Of a stretch of DNA of 63,216 bases, positions 28,910 through 38,770 are shown one piece after another. Source of the stretch: an uncultured Methanobrevibacter sp. (GTDB taxonomy: Archaea; Methanobacteriota; Methanobacteria; Methanobacteriales; Methanobacteriaceae); assembly GCF_902771225.1 (NCBI RefSeq), contig NZ_CACXWH010000001.1; one strand, written 5' to 3'. The position numbers and the translations under genes were made by a program. The stretch's first letter is position 1. Each line of letters opens with the position of its first letter. The notes under the pieces were generated by a model. That model was not told where the DNA came from and did no database searches. It worked only from the letters and a program-made list of their open reading frames with translations.

Positions 28910-29966
28910 TGATTCAATTTTAGTATTTGAGTATTTTACTGCTTCAGGTGAAAAAGACAAATGTATTATTTCAGAAGCCGAAGCATTGTTATTCGCATTA
29001 ATTGATGACTTGTCTGATTATAATTTGGATGTTGTTGTAAATTCATCCTATGGAGATATCATATCTGATTATGATAATGTTAATCCTATATTAATTGATG
29101 CAGATATTATTTCTTGGCTTGAAGATAATGCGGCTGCTTTTAATAAGGCGATTTTTATTTCAGCTGAAAATGAAAATAATTTATACAATATAACAAAAAT
29201 TTTAGAGGAAAATGCTGTGTCAATTTTTACCTCATCAAGTGAAGCTTGTCTTATAGCATCAGATAAATCTTTAACTTATGAAACTATTTCAAATAATGTT
29301 CCTCAGCCAAGAACTTTCAGGTTTAAAATTGATTCTAAAGGTTATTGGAAAAGAGCAATTACAAATTTATATGAAAAATGGCAAGCAGAAGATCCTTTAA
29401 CTCCACTTAAATTAATAATAAAACCATTAATTGGTGTTGATTGTGAAGATATAGTCATAATTGAAGACATTAATGATTTGAGTTATGATTTGGAAGAAAT
29501 ATTTCCTCCGCAATCAAGGATTATAGTTCAGGAATATATTGATGGTGAAGATATAAGTGTTAGTTTAATCTGTAATAATGGAAAAGCAACACCAATAAGT
29601 TTAAATAAACAATTTGTAAAACTTGAAAATAATAAAGGGACATATATTGGGGGAATGCTTCCATTTGAAAGTAAACTAAAGGATGAAGCTTTCAATATTG
29701 CAAAAAAAGCATGTGAATCTATTGAAGGATTAAGCGGATTTGTAGGTGTTGATTTATTAATAAGTAATGGTGAAGAAATTTATCCAATTTATTTGCTTGA
29801 AGTTAACTCCAGATTTACAACACCATATGTTGGACTTAAAAAAATAGCTAATTTTAATATAGCAAAAACAATTATTGAAGGTACTATTGAAGAAATTGAC
29901 CTCTCTTTAGACGGTAAAGTGGAATTTAAAAAACAAGGAGATAATCTGGAGATTAGGAGAATTTAA
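28893..29966 (+). CDS. mfnD: ATP-grasp protein, probable tyramine-L-glutamate ligase (methanofuran synthesis)
   Basis: ILVFEYFT start, [34 protein letters not shown]; adjacent to mfnF. Confidence 0.72.
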   Translation: MTNTNDDSILVFEYFTASGEKDKCIISEAEALLFALIDDLSDYNLDVVVNSSYGDIISDYDNVNPILIDADIISWLEDNAAAFNKAIFISAENENNLYNITKILEENAVSIFTSSSEACLIASDKSLTYETISNNVPQPRTFRFKIDSKGYWKRAITNLYEKWQAEDPLTPLKLIIKPLIGVDCEDIVIIEDINDLSYDLEEIFPPQSRIIVQEYIDGEDISVSLICNNGKATPISLNKQFVKLENNKGTYIGGMLPFESKLKDEAFNIAKKACESIEGLSGFVGVDLLISNGEEIYPIYLLEVNSRFTTPYVGLKKIANFNIAKTIIEGTIEEIDLSLDGKVEFKKQGDNLEIRRI

Positions 29967-29969
29967 AAT

Positions 29970-30995
29970 ATGAAAATTGCAGGTTTTGACATTGGTGGAG
30001 CGAACACTGATTTGGCGATTATTGACTTTGATAATGATGAAATTAAAAATATAGATGTTGATTTTGCTTATCTTCCAATGTGGAGTAATAATGATGATTT
30101 ATCAAAGGTTTTAGTAGAATTAATTGAAAATATCTGTCCGGTATCTGAAATTGATGCTGTTGGTATTTCTATGACAGCTGAACTTGTTGATGCTTATGAT
30201 ACTAAAAAAGATGGAGTTTTGGATGTTGTTCGAAAGTGTGAAGATACATTTTCCTGTCCAATTGCTTATGTTGGAATTGATGGTATGATGTCAAAAGAAG
30301 AGGTTGAAAAAACTCCTCTTAAAGCAGCAGCCGCTAATTGGATTGCAACAGCTCAAATTGCAACATTAATTTCTGATAATTGTATTTTTATTGATACTGG
30401 AAGCACAACAACGGATATAATACCAATCAAAAATGGGAAAGAATGTGCAATAGGCAAATCTGACTTTGATAGGTCTGCAACTGGTGAATTAATATATACT
30501 GGTACTTTAAGGACTAACCTTGCTAGTTTTTTAGATAAAATTGAATTCGATGGGAAGAAATATCGTGTGGCTAGTGAGTTATTTGCACAAACTGCAGATG
30601 TTTATATGGTTTTAGATTTAATCAGTGAAGATGATTATGTATGCAACACATTTGACGGCGCATCAAAATCTAAAATTGATTGTGCAAAAAGGATAGCTCG
30701 CGTTGTATGTGCAGATTTAGAAATGTTATGTGAAAATGACATTAAAGAAATTTCAGAATTTATCCATCAAAAACAAATAGAACAGATTGCTGATGGTTTA
30801 AAACAGGTTCATGAAACTCAAAACTTGGATTTAGTTATCACTACCGGTTTGGGTAAAGATATTTTAGATAAACCTGCAGCTGAATTATTGGGTCTTGAAG
30901 TTAAATCCATGGGTGATATTTTAACTGATGATGAATGTGTTGTAGCGCCTGCTGTTGGAACTTCAGTAATGATGAATAAATATTTAAATGATTAA
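29970..30995 (+). CDS. mfnF: Hydantoinase/oxoprolinase-like protein, probable MfnF
   Basis: GFDIGGANT, MTAELVD, AANW, DTGSTTTDIIPI, YTGTLRT. Confidence 0.78.
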   Translation: MKIAGFDIGGANTDLAIIDFDNDEIKNIDVDFAYLPMWSNNDDLSKVLVELIENICPVSEIDAVGISMTAELVDAYDTKKDGVLDVVRKCEDTFSCPIAYVGIDGMMSKEEVEKTPLKAAAANWIATAQIATLISDNCIFIDTGSTTTDIIPIKNGKECAIGKSDFDRSATGELIYTGTLRTNLASFLDKIEFDGKKYRVASELFAQTADVYMVLDLISEDDYVCNTFDGASKSKIDCAKRIARVVCADLEMLCENDIKEISEFIHQKQIEQIADGLKQVHETQNLDLVITTGLGKDILDKPAAELLGLEVKSMGDILTDDECVVAPAVGTSVMMNKYLND

Positions 30996-30996
30996 T

Positions 30997-31551
30997 ATGG
31001 CTAGTTTTAGATATTATACTGATGGTGCAGCCACAATGATTCGCAAAAATGGTAAATACCTTCGTGAAGCTGGTGGCTGGGCTTTCGTACTTTTAATTGA
31101 TAATCGTGAAGATTCTGTTTGTTCTGGGGGTTGTCCTCTAACGACTAATAATGAGATGGAATTATATGCAATTTATGCTTCCATGAAAGATTTTCTTTTG
31201 AAATCTGAATCTGGAGATATGGTTGAAATATGCTCAGATTCATCATACTGCATTGATATATTTACTAAATGGGCATTTAATTGGCAGAAAAAAGGATGGA
31301 AAAAGAGTGATGGTAAACCTATCAAAAATTTAAAATTAATTAAAGCTATTTGGAAATTAATGGCTAATATTAAAAGCAAATCTTGTATGTTGAAGTTCAA
31401 AAAGGTAAAGGGCCATTCATCCAATCAGTGGAATAATAAAGCTGATGAACTTGCAGGAACTGCTAAAAATATTGCTTTTAAATCTGGAAAAACGGTTTAT
31501 TATGGTGAAAATGATGGTCTTTTAGGTGAAAAGTCAAAGTATGTTGATTAA
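30997..31551 (+). CDS. rnhA: Ribonuclease HI, bacterial type
   Basis: YTDG, TNNEMEL, SDSSY, W..KGWK.SDGKP.KN, KVKGHS, ADELA: complete D-E-D-H-D set. Confidence 0.9.
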   Translation: MASFRYYTDGAATMIRKNGKYLREAGGWAFVLLIDNREDSVCSGGCPLTTNNEMELYAIYASMKDFLLKSESGDMVEICSDSSYCIDIFTKWAFNWQKKGWKKSDGKPIKNLKLIKAIWKLMANIKSKSCMLKFKKVKGHSSNQWNNKADELAGTAKNIAFKSGKTVYYGENDGLLGEKSKYVD

Positions 31552-32114
31552 TACCACACATCTTTCATTCCAAGTAAATATGCGCCGGTATTAGCTATTA
31601 AATGTATTATCAGTGTTAAAACTATTGAAATTATAATAAAGTTTAAATCAAATTTAACAACAAGTGAAGCAAATAATAATGCAACTATCAAAAAATCGAT
31701 TTGATCAAGTATTGGTGCAGGTTTTCCACGTCCAATTCCTAATCTTCTTTTTAAGAAACTGCCTAAAGCATCACCGACAAGTGCTCCGAATGCAAGTAAA
31801 AATCCAATTAAAATTCCATTTAAAACGCCAACTGCTATTGGGGTTGTTATAAATTCCCCATATGCTGCGAGTAAATCCGGTCCAAAATATCCTTGTATCG
31901 CTCCGATTATAGTTCCTAAAATAGTCCCTCCAATAAAACCTCTCCAGGTTACACCATCTCCAATCCATCGATTACCTTTTGAATCTGTTTTTCCACAGTC
32001 TAGGGGTTTTCCTCCACCAAAAATTAATCCTCCACTATTGGATATGTATGCTGGAAGTAAAAAGTATAAAACTGTGATGCAGAGAATTCCTATTGCGGTG
32101 AAATCAAAGCTCAT
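31548..32114 (-). CDS. carS: CDP-archaeol synthase
   Basis: PAYISN, PLD.GK, G.G.TWRG, GDALGSFLKRRLG, P.LDQIDF, LGMKDVWY. Confidence 0.92.
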   Translation of the reverse strand: MSFDFTAIGILCITVLYFLLPAYISNSGGLIFGGGKPLDCGKTDSKGNRWIGDGVTWRGFIGGTILGTIIGAIQGYFGPDLLAAYGEFITTPIAVGVLNGILIGFLLAFGALVGDALGSFLKRRLGIGRGKPAPILDQIDFLIVALLFASLVVKFDLNFIIISIVLTLIIHLIANTGAYLLGMKDVWY

Positions 32115-32264
32115 TTTTTATTTACTCCATTAAAAATTTTATTAATTATTTATATTATTCATTTAAGTATATAAATTTTAAATAAGTATAAATATTAAAT
32201 TAACTATACTTAATTATATTATGTTTTTTTATTATTGAGTTATGTTTGTTATTTAGGTGATTTT

Positions 32265-33770
32265 TTGAAAATTAAAAATACAAAAAGTCTATGTCCAGAG
32301 TGTGGCAGACCCGTTGATGCTGAAGTTTATGATGAGGGAGGAAAAGTTTATATCAAAAAAACTTGTAGTGTCCATGGGGAATTTATTAACACTTACTGGA
32401 ATGACGTTGAGACTTATGATCGAGTTAGGGATTATGAACCTTCAATCACTTCTGTAGAAAATCCTTCTGTGGATGATATATCTACTTGCCCATCTAATTG
32501 TGGTCTCTGTTCTAAACATGAGACATCAACTGTATTGGGTTTGATTGATGTTACAAATAGGTGTAATTTAAAATGTCCTGTTTGTTTTGCTAATGCAGCT
32601 GCTTCAGGACGTTTATTTGAACCTACTCAGGATGAAATTAGACAAATGCTTAAAAATTTAAGGAGTTTAAAACCTCATCCTACTCCGGCTGTTCAATATG
32701 CTGGTGGTGAACCTACTGTTAGAAAAGATATTGTAGAATTAGTTAAAATGGCAAAAGATGAAGGGTTTACTCACGTTCAAATAGCTACAAATGGTTTAAA
32801 ATTAGCAATGAAAGAAAATTTAGCTAAAGAACTAAAGGATGCTGGTTTAAATACAGTTTATTTAGCATTTGATGGTGTAACTCCAGAGCCTTATATCAAC
32901 AATAGGGGAAGAGATTTACTTCCTTATAAATTAGATGCAATTGAAAACTGTAGAAAAGCAGGTTTGGGTATTGTATTAGTTCCTACTTTAATTAAGGGTG
33001 TAAATGACCACCAAGTTGGAGATATTATTAAATTTGCTTTTGATCATAATGAAAACATTTATGGAGTTAATTTCCAACCAGTTTCTTTTGCAGGAAGAAC
33101 TCCTTCAGACCAAGTAGAAAAACAAAGAATTACCATTCCTGACTTTATTCAAATTATTGAAGATCAAACTGATGGCGATGTAAAAACTACGGATTTTTAT
33201 CCACCATCTTCTGTTGAACCTATAGCTAAATTTATCGGAGCTCTTGAGGGTGGAGAACCAACTGTAACTCTTAATTGTCATCAGCATTGTGGTATAGCTA
33301 CTTATGTATTTAGAGAAAAAACTGAAGGTTCAGGCAAGGATAAATTAATACCAATTAATGATTTTATTGATGTTGATGGTTTATTCAAAAAATTAGATGA
33401 ATTAGCTGAAAAATTAAAAAAAGGCGGTTTTGGAAGAAAACAAAGAGTTTTAGCTAGTGCTACTAAAGCTATTCCAAAATTAATTTATTCTGATAAAACT
33501 CCTAAAAATTTGGATGTTAAAAGAATTATACTTAATGTATTTACAAAAAGATCTTATAGTGCTTTAGGTGATTTTTCAAAAGATGCTATGCTTATTTCAT
33601 GTATGCATTTTATGGATCCATTTAATTTTGATGAAGATAGAGTTAAAAAATGTGTTATTCATTATGCAACTCCAGATGGTAGAATTATTCCATTTTGTAC
33701 ATATAACTCAATGTATCGTGAAAATGTTGAGGAAAAATTCTCAACCACTTTCAAAGGTTCTAAAAACTAA
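32265..33770 (+). CDS. tes: Radical SAM tetraether lipid synthase (MJ0619 family)
   Basis: N-terminal CPEC..C..H, CPSNCGLC..H, CNLKCPVC, C-terminal MHFMD...CVIHY...IIPFC; TTG start after AGGTGA. Confidence 0.85.
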   Translation: MKIKNTKSLCPECGRPVDAEVYDEGGKVYIKKTCSVHGEFINTYWNDVETYDRVRDYEPSITSVENPSVDDISTCPSNCGLCSKHETSTVLGLIDVTNRCNLKCPVCFANAAASGRLFEPTQDEIRQMLKNLRSLKPHPTPAVQYAGGEPTVRKDIVELVKMAKDEGFTHVQIATNGLKLAMKENLAKELKDAGLNTVYLAFDGVTPEPYINNRGRDLLPYKLDAIENCRKAGLGIVLVPTLIKGVNDHQVGDIIKFAFDHNENIYGVNFQPVSFAGRTPSDQVEKQRITIPDFIQIIEDQTDGDVKTTDFYPPSSVEPIAKFIGALEGGEPTVTLNCHQHCGIATYVFREKTEGSGKDKLIPINDFIDVDGLFKKLDELAEKLKKGGFGRKQRVLASATKAIPKLIYSDKTPKNLDVKRIILNVFTKRSYSALGDFSKDAMLISCMHFMDPFNFDEDRVKKCVIHYATPDGRIIPFCTYNSMYRENVEEKFSTTFKGSKN

Positions 33771-33791
33771 TATTTATTGAGGATTTAACTT

Positions 33792-34781
33792 ATGTATATT
33801 AAATCACCTTCTAGACTTCATTTAGGACTTATTGATATGAATGGTTCTTATGGTAGGCTTGATGGAGGAATCGGCTTAACCATTCAAGAGCCAAACTTTA
33901 TTTTATATGGGGAAACTGCTGAAAAAGGAATCACAATTGATTTCAATGAAGAACATAACTTCAATGATAAAATTAAAAATGAATGTGTAAAAAAAATCAA
34001 TCAGGCCTCTCAAAAGGTCATTGACTATTATGGTGTCGATGAAGGATTTTATTTTAGGGTTGATAGTGCATATCCTCCCCATTCCGGTTTAGGATCTGGA
34101 ACTCAAATTGCTTTATCTACTGGAAAGATTATTACAGAACATATTGGAGAGGAAGCTAATGGTTATGCTTTAGGTAAAATTACTGGGCGTGGTGGAACTT
34201 CAGGCATTGGTGTTTTTGCTTTCGATTATGGTGGTTTTATTGTTGATGGTGGCCATAGTAGAAAAGAAAAGGATTCTTTCTTACCTTCTTCTGCTTCTAA
34301 AGCTAATCCTCCCCAATTATTCGGCCGTTATGAATTTCCAGAAGAATGGGGTGTATTGCTCGTTATTTTAAAATCAGATGTTAGTGTTAATGGCCAAAAA
34401 GAAGTTAATATATTCCAGGAATATTGTCCAATTGACCGTAAAGAAGTAGAATTATTCTCCCATTTAGTTTTTGTGAATATGATACCATTTTTACTTGAAA
34501 AAGATTTGCCTTGCTTTGGTAATACAATAAATAAAATACAAACTATAGGATTTAAAGGTATTGAAGTTAAACTTCAAGCAGACAATATTAAAAATTTGAT
34601 GGCAAAATTAACCGAAATTGGCGCTTATGCTGTTGGAATGAGTTCTTTTGGACCAACAGTTTATTCGTTTTATGATGAATCTAACAAACATATTGTACAA
34701 GAAATTAAGGATTATGTCGGTGATGATGGGATTGTTATAACAACAAAAGCTCAAAATCATGGCCATATTCTTACTAAATAG
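33792..34781 (+). CDS. mptG: Beta-ribofuranosylaminobenzene 5'-phosphate synthase (methanopterin)
   Basis: PSRLHLGLID, HSGLGSGTQ, GRGGTSGIG, GGFIVDGGH, GMSSFGP. Confidence 0.9.
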   Translation: MYIKSPSRLHLGLIDMNGSYGRLDGGIGLTIQEPNFILYGETAEKGITIDFNEEHNFNDKIKNECVKKINQASQKVIDYYGVDEGFYFRVDSAYPPHSGLGSGTQIALSTGKIITEHIGEEANGYALGKITGRGGTSGIGVFAFDYGGFIVDGGHSRKEKDSFLPSSASKANPPQLFGRYEFPEEWGVLLVILKSDVSVNGQKEVNIFQEYCPIDRKEVELFSHLVFVNMIPFLLEKDLPCFGNTINKIQTIGFKGIEVKLQADNIKNLMAKLTEIGAYAVGMSSFGPTVYSFYDESNKHIVQEIKDYVGDDGIVITTKAQNHGHILTK

Positions 34782-34789
34782 TGATTATT

Positions 34790-35272
34790 ATGGATATTAT
34801 TCGTGGAAAGACTTGGACTTTTGGTGAAAATATAGATACGGATGTTATTATTCCTGGGAGATATTTAAGAACGTTTAATCCTCAGGATTTGGCAGATCAT
34901 GTACTTGAAGGAGAAAGACCAGATTTCACTAAAAATGTTCAAAAAGGTGATGTTATAGTTGCTGATGAAAACTTTGGATGCGGGTCTTCACGTGAACAAG
35001 CACCTGTTGCTATTAAAACCGCAGGTGTTGATGCTATTGTTGCTAAATCATTTGCAAGAATTTTTTATAGAAATGCAATTAATATAGGTTTGCCGGTTAT
35101 TGTAAGTGATATTGAAGCTAAAGATGGGGATATAATAAAAATTGATTTATCTAAAGGAAGTTTAATTAATGAAACTTCCGGTGAATCTCTTAGCTTTGAA
35201 CCATTCAAAGATTTTATGTTAAATATTTTGGAAGATGGTGGTTTAGTAAATCACTATCTAAATAATGATTAA
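34790..35272 (+). CDS. aksE: Homoaconitase/3-isopropylmalate dehydratase small subunit (YLRT loop suggests coenzyme-B homoaconitase)
   Basis: [40 protein letters not shown]. Confidence 0.7.
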   Translation: MDIIRGKTWTFGENIDTDVIIPGRYLRTFNPQDLADHVLEGERPDFTKNVQKGDVIVADENFGCGSSREQAPVAIKTAGVDAIVAKSFARIFYRNAINIGLPVIVSDIEAKDGDIIKIDLSKGSLINETSGESLSFEPFKDFMLNILEDGGLVNHYLNND

Positions 35273-35297
35273 TTATATTTTTTTAAGGAGGCATAAT

Positions 35298-35915
35298 ATG
35301 GAATGTCCTATTTGTGGTTCTGATGATATTGAAATTTTAAACTCGAAACAAAAGGAATCTAAAAAGAAATTCATGGAAGAATATCTTTTAAAATGTTTGG
35401 ATTGTGATCATGTTTTTAAAGATGTTTTTTCTGCTAAAAAACCTAAAATGTATAGACTTATTATTTCTGAACAAAATCGTTCTCATAAAACTTCAATTGA
35501 ATTATCTCCGAGTGATGAATTAAAAGTTGGAGATATTTTGTTATCTGATATAGGTCAAGTTGAGGTTTCAAGTATTGAAGTTAATGATACTCGTGTTAAA
35601 AAATCGATTGTTGAAGATATTGATACAATATGGGCAACATCTGTTGAAATTCCTGCACGTATTGGATTTTCCGTTGATTTGCATGGTGAAGTTGATTCAT
35701 ATAAATTGGATTTAGAAAGAGATTTTGAAATTGCTCCAGGGGATATCGTAAAAATTGAAAATCATATTGTCAAAGTTCATGTTATTAAAACAAATGATAG
35801 AAAACTCACTTCAGGGTTTGCTAAAGCAGGAGTAATTAAAAGAGTTTATTCAAAGCCGGTCAAATTCAATAATTTTGATTATGATTTAACTTCAAATATT
35901 TTCAAAAAAACTTAA
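35298..35915 (+). CDS. Archaeal zinc-finger protein (HVO_0476-like)
   Basis: CPICG...CLDCDH then beta-rich region, IDTIWA. Confidence 0.75.
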   Translation: MECPICGSDDIEILNSKQKESKKKFMEEYLLKCLDCDHVFKDVFSAKKPKMYRLIISEQNRSHKTSIELSPSDELKVGDILLSDIGQVEVSSIEVNDTRVKKSIVEDIDTIWATSVEIPARIGFSVDLHGEVDSYKLDLERDFEIAPGDIVKIENHIVKVHVIKTNDRKLTSGFAKAGVIKRVYSKPVKFNNFDYDLTSNIFKKT

Positions 35916-35933
35916 TTTTGTGAGTATGTTTTC

Positions 35934-37208
35934 ATGAAAGTTTATATTGAATCCTATGGTTGTACATTTAATAAAGCTGATGGACAAATCATGGCAGGTA
36001 TTTTAAATGAAAATAACATTGAATTGGTTGATAATATCAATGATTGTGATGTTATCATTGTAAATACTTGTTATGTTAAATTACCAACTGAAAATAAGAT
36101 TGTTTATAAAATCCAGCAATTGCAAAAAAACTATCCGGATAAAAAAATCATTGTTGGGGGATGTATGGTAGAAATAGATCCTGAAAAATTGGATAGTATT
36201 GGACCGGATTGTAGCTGGATTGGTCCTCATCAATTAAATAAAGTTGCAGATGTTGTAAAGGGCACTTATTGTGGGGATGTTGTCCGTGAAAGTGGTTTTT
36301 CTAAAGAAAGTAAAGTTGGTGTTCCTAAAGTCAGTGATGATGGTCTAATTCATATTATTCAAATCTGTGAAGGTTGTTTGGGTGTTTGTACTTTCTGTTG
36401 TACACGTTTTGCTCGAGGACCTTTAAACAGTTATTCTATTTCAGACATTGTCGGCGAAGCGAAAGAAGCTATTGAAAATGGTGCATGTGAAATTCAACTC
36501 ACTGCACAGGATACTGCAGCATTTGGCCGGGACAGTGGTGAAAAACTATCTGATTTAATTAAAGAAGTGGCTAATTTAGATGGAAATTTCAAAGTTCGTG
36601 TTGGAATGATGCATCCTAAAAACATTTTGGATGATGTTGATGAAATAATTGATGCTATTAAACAACCTAAGGTATATGATTTTATCCATTTGCCAATTCA
36701 AAGTGGTAGTGATAAAGTTTTAAAAGAGATGAGACGTGGCCATACTGTTAATCAATATATTGAAGTTGTAAACAAGTTCAAAAATGAAATTCCAGATTTA
36801 ACTTTAGCAACTGATATCATTGTTGGTTATCCAACAGAAAATGATGATGATTTCTTAAAAACCGTTGATTTACTTAATGAAGTAAAACCTAGTTTGATTC
36901 ATTTGTCAAAATATCAACATAGGAAAGGTGCAATTTCTTCTTCCCTTAAAGAAATTCCTCCTCAAACCATGAAAAAACGTTCTAAATTTTTATCCCAAAT
37001 TAAGAGTGAAATAACAAGTAAAGAAAATGAGGAATTATTAAATTCTTATCAAAATGTGTTGGTTGTAGAAAAAGGATCTAAAGGAGGATTTATTGGAAAA
37101 ACAGATTCTTATATTCCAGTCATTGTTGATAATGTTGATTTGGGGGATTTTGTTAGGGTAAAAATAACTCACACAACGGCCACATATTTAAAGGGCACTG
37201 TAGAATAA
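35934..37208 (+). CDS. tRNA t6A37 methylthiotransferase (MiaB-like, e-MtaB)
   Basis: YGCTFN, NTC, GC, EGCLGVCTFC, C-terminal TRAM-like domain. Confidence 0.9.
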   Translation: MKVYIESYGCTFNKADGQIMAGILNENNIELVDNINDCDVIIVNTCYVKLPTENKIVYKIQQLQKNYPDKKIIVGGCMVEIDPEKLDSIGPDCSWIGPHQLNKVADVVKGTYCGDVVRESGFSKESKVGVPKVSDDGLIHIIQICEGCLGVCTFCCTRFARGPLNSYSISDIVGEAKEAIENGACEIQLTAQDTAAFGRDSGEKLSDLIKEVANLDGNFKVRVGMMHPKNILDDVDEIIDAIKQPKVYDFIHLPIQSGSDKVLKEMRRGHTVNQYIEVVNKFKNEIPDLTLATDIIVGYPTENDDDFLKTVDLLNEVKPSLIHLSKYQHRKGAISSSLKEIPPQTMKKRSKFLSQIKSEITSKENEELLNSYQNVLVVEKGSKGGFIGKTDSYIPVIVDNVDLGDFVRVKITHTTATYLKGTVE

Positions 37209-37412
37209 TGTTATTTTTACTTTTTTTTATAGGGTTATTTTTATAATTTTTATATATATTTATTCTTTAATTTTTTTATTTTTTAGTATTATTTTAGTAT
37301 CAATAAATTAATAAAGTTATAGCTTAATGATTATTATATAAGTGAAATAGAGCCTTTTTTTCCAAAACATTTATATACTATGGGTTACTATCTTTTATTT
37401 GGAGGTGAAATG

Positions 37413-37613
37413 ATGAGTGAATTACCAATTGCACCAGTAGGTCGTATCTTAAAAAATGCTGGAGCTCAAAGAATTAGTGACGAAGCTAAAATTGCATTAG
37501 CTGAAGCATTAGAAGAAAAAGGTGACGAAATCGCTAAAAAAGCTGTTAATTTCGCACGCCACGCTGGTAGAAAAACTGTAAAAGCTGAAGATATCAAATT
37601 AGTTATCAAATAA
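37413..37613 (+). CDS. Archaeal histone (HMf/HMt family)
   Basis: [20 protein letters not shown]...[12 protein letters not shown]; GGAGGTGA RBS. Confidence 0.97.
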   Translation: MSELPIAPVGRILKNAGAQRISDEAKIALAEALEEKGDEIAKKAVNFARHAGRKTVKAEDIKLVIK

Positions 37614-37738
37614 GCTTTTTGTTACTGTTTTTTAACTATTGGCCATTTTCTTGGTCAATTTCTTTTATTTTTTAACTGGTCTTGTTTAAATTGCAAAGTT
37701 TTATATATTACTTTTTACACAGTATAATATGTTGTGCA

Positions 37739-37810
37739 GGACCGGTGGTCTAGGGGTATGATTCCTCTTTGACGTGGAGGAGATCACGAGTTCGAATCTC
37801 GTTCGGTCCA
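37739..37810 (+). tRNA. tRNA-Val(GAC)
   Basis: Acceptor GGACCGG/TCGGTCC, anticodon arm CCTCT-TTGACGT-GGAGG, T arm ACGAG-TTCGAAT-CTCGT. Confidence 0.95.
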
Positions 37811-37813
37811 TGT

Positions 37814-37886
37814 GCCATGGTAGTTCAGTTGGGAGAACGCTAGACTGAAGATCTAGATGTCGCTGGTTCAAGTCCGGCCCATGGCA
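37814..37886 (+). tRNA. tRNA-Phe(GAA)
   Basis: Acceptor GCCATGG/CCATGGC, anticodon arm CTAGA-CTGAAGA-TCTAG, T arm GCTGG-TTCAAGT-CCGGC. Confidence 0.97.
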
Positions 37887-37968
37887 TTCTAATTTTTTAC
37901 TATTTTTTTATATTTTAAAGTTCAATTATTTTTTTTAAAAAATATATTAAATGGTGATGTGGGTTAAT

Positions 37969-38694
37969 TTATTTTTTTAAGGTAATTGGTTTAGGTTTAA
38001 TTTGTGTGTTTTCTCTTAATTCTTTATATTTGGAAACAATTTGGTATCCGTTGTTTGATGCAATAAGATCAGCACCTGCGGTTAATACCTGGTGTGCCAT
38101 TTTCCAAATATCAATTCCATCATATACTTCGATTTTTGTTTTAGGTGCATATTTTTGGAAAATATTGATATCGTTTACAATTTCATAAATGTGATTTGGA
38201 GTTAAAAAGCCAGTAGATGTTTTAATGTAGTCAACATTTGCATTTTCTAGTCTTATTACCAGATTTGCTTTTTGTTCATCCTCAAGAATTTTACTTTCAA
38301 TAATCATTTTTAATGTAGTGTCACCTAATGCTTCTTTTATCTGTTTTGCTTCATCTTCTATTAAATCATATTTTTCACTTACTACATGATTTAAGTTTAT
38401 GACTGCATTAACTTCGTCTGCACCTTTTTCAACTAATGTTAAAGCTTCAACTACTTTTGATTCTGTATTTTCAGAACCTAATGGAAATCCAATAACACTA
38501 CCTATTTTAATATCACTATCAGCCAATTCTTCTTTAGCTAATGGGACATATGTAGGATTTATTGTAACTGTGTTAAAATTTAATTCTTTGGCTTGAGTTA
38601 AGAATTCTTTCATTTCAGCTTCACTAATCATGTTATTTAAATTTGTGTAGTTAATGAGGCTAGCTAAATGTTTTGAATTTTTTATTCTGTACAT
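37969..38694 (-). CDS. deoC: DeoC (deoxyribose-phosphate aldolase)-like protein with altered catalytic motifs
   Basis: VIGFPLG, GADEV, LKMIIE, YIKTSTGF; see finding on substitutions. Confidence 0.75.
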   Translation of the reverse strand: MYRIKNSKHLASLINYTNLNNMISEAEMKEFLTQAKELNFNTVTINPTYVPLAKEELADSDIKIGSVIGFPLGSENTESKVVEALTLVEKGADEVNAVINLNHVVSEKYDLIEDEAKQIKEALGDTTLKMIIESKILEDEQKANLVIRLENANVDYIKTSTGFLTPNHIYEIVNDINIFQKYAPKTKIEVYDGIDIWKMAHQVLTAGADLIASNNGYQIVSKYKELRENTQIKPKPITLKK

Positions 38695-38770
38695 ATTACC
38701 ACTCCAAATGTTTTTTTTAATTGTTAGTTAATATACGAATGAAACTATATATAACTTTTGTCTTTATTTT

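Noticed and set aside
37252-37268. Possible in-window target of the TnpB guide upstream of the histone gene (ATATATATTTATTCTTT)
   Set aside because: Match covers only the distal AT-only part; the TAM-proximal seed mismatches; expected by chance in this AT-rich DNA.
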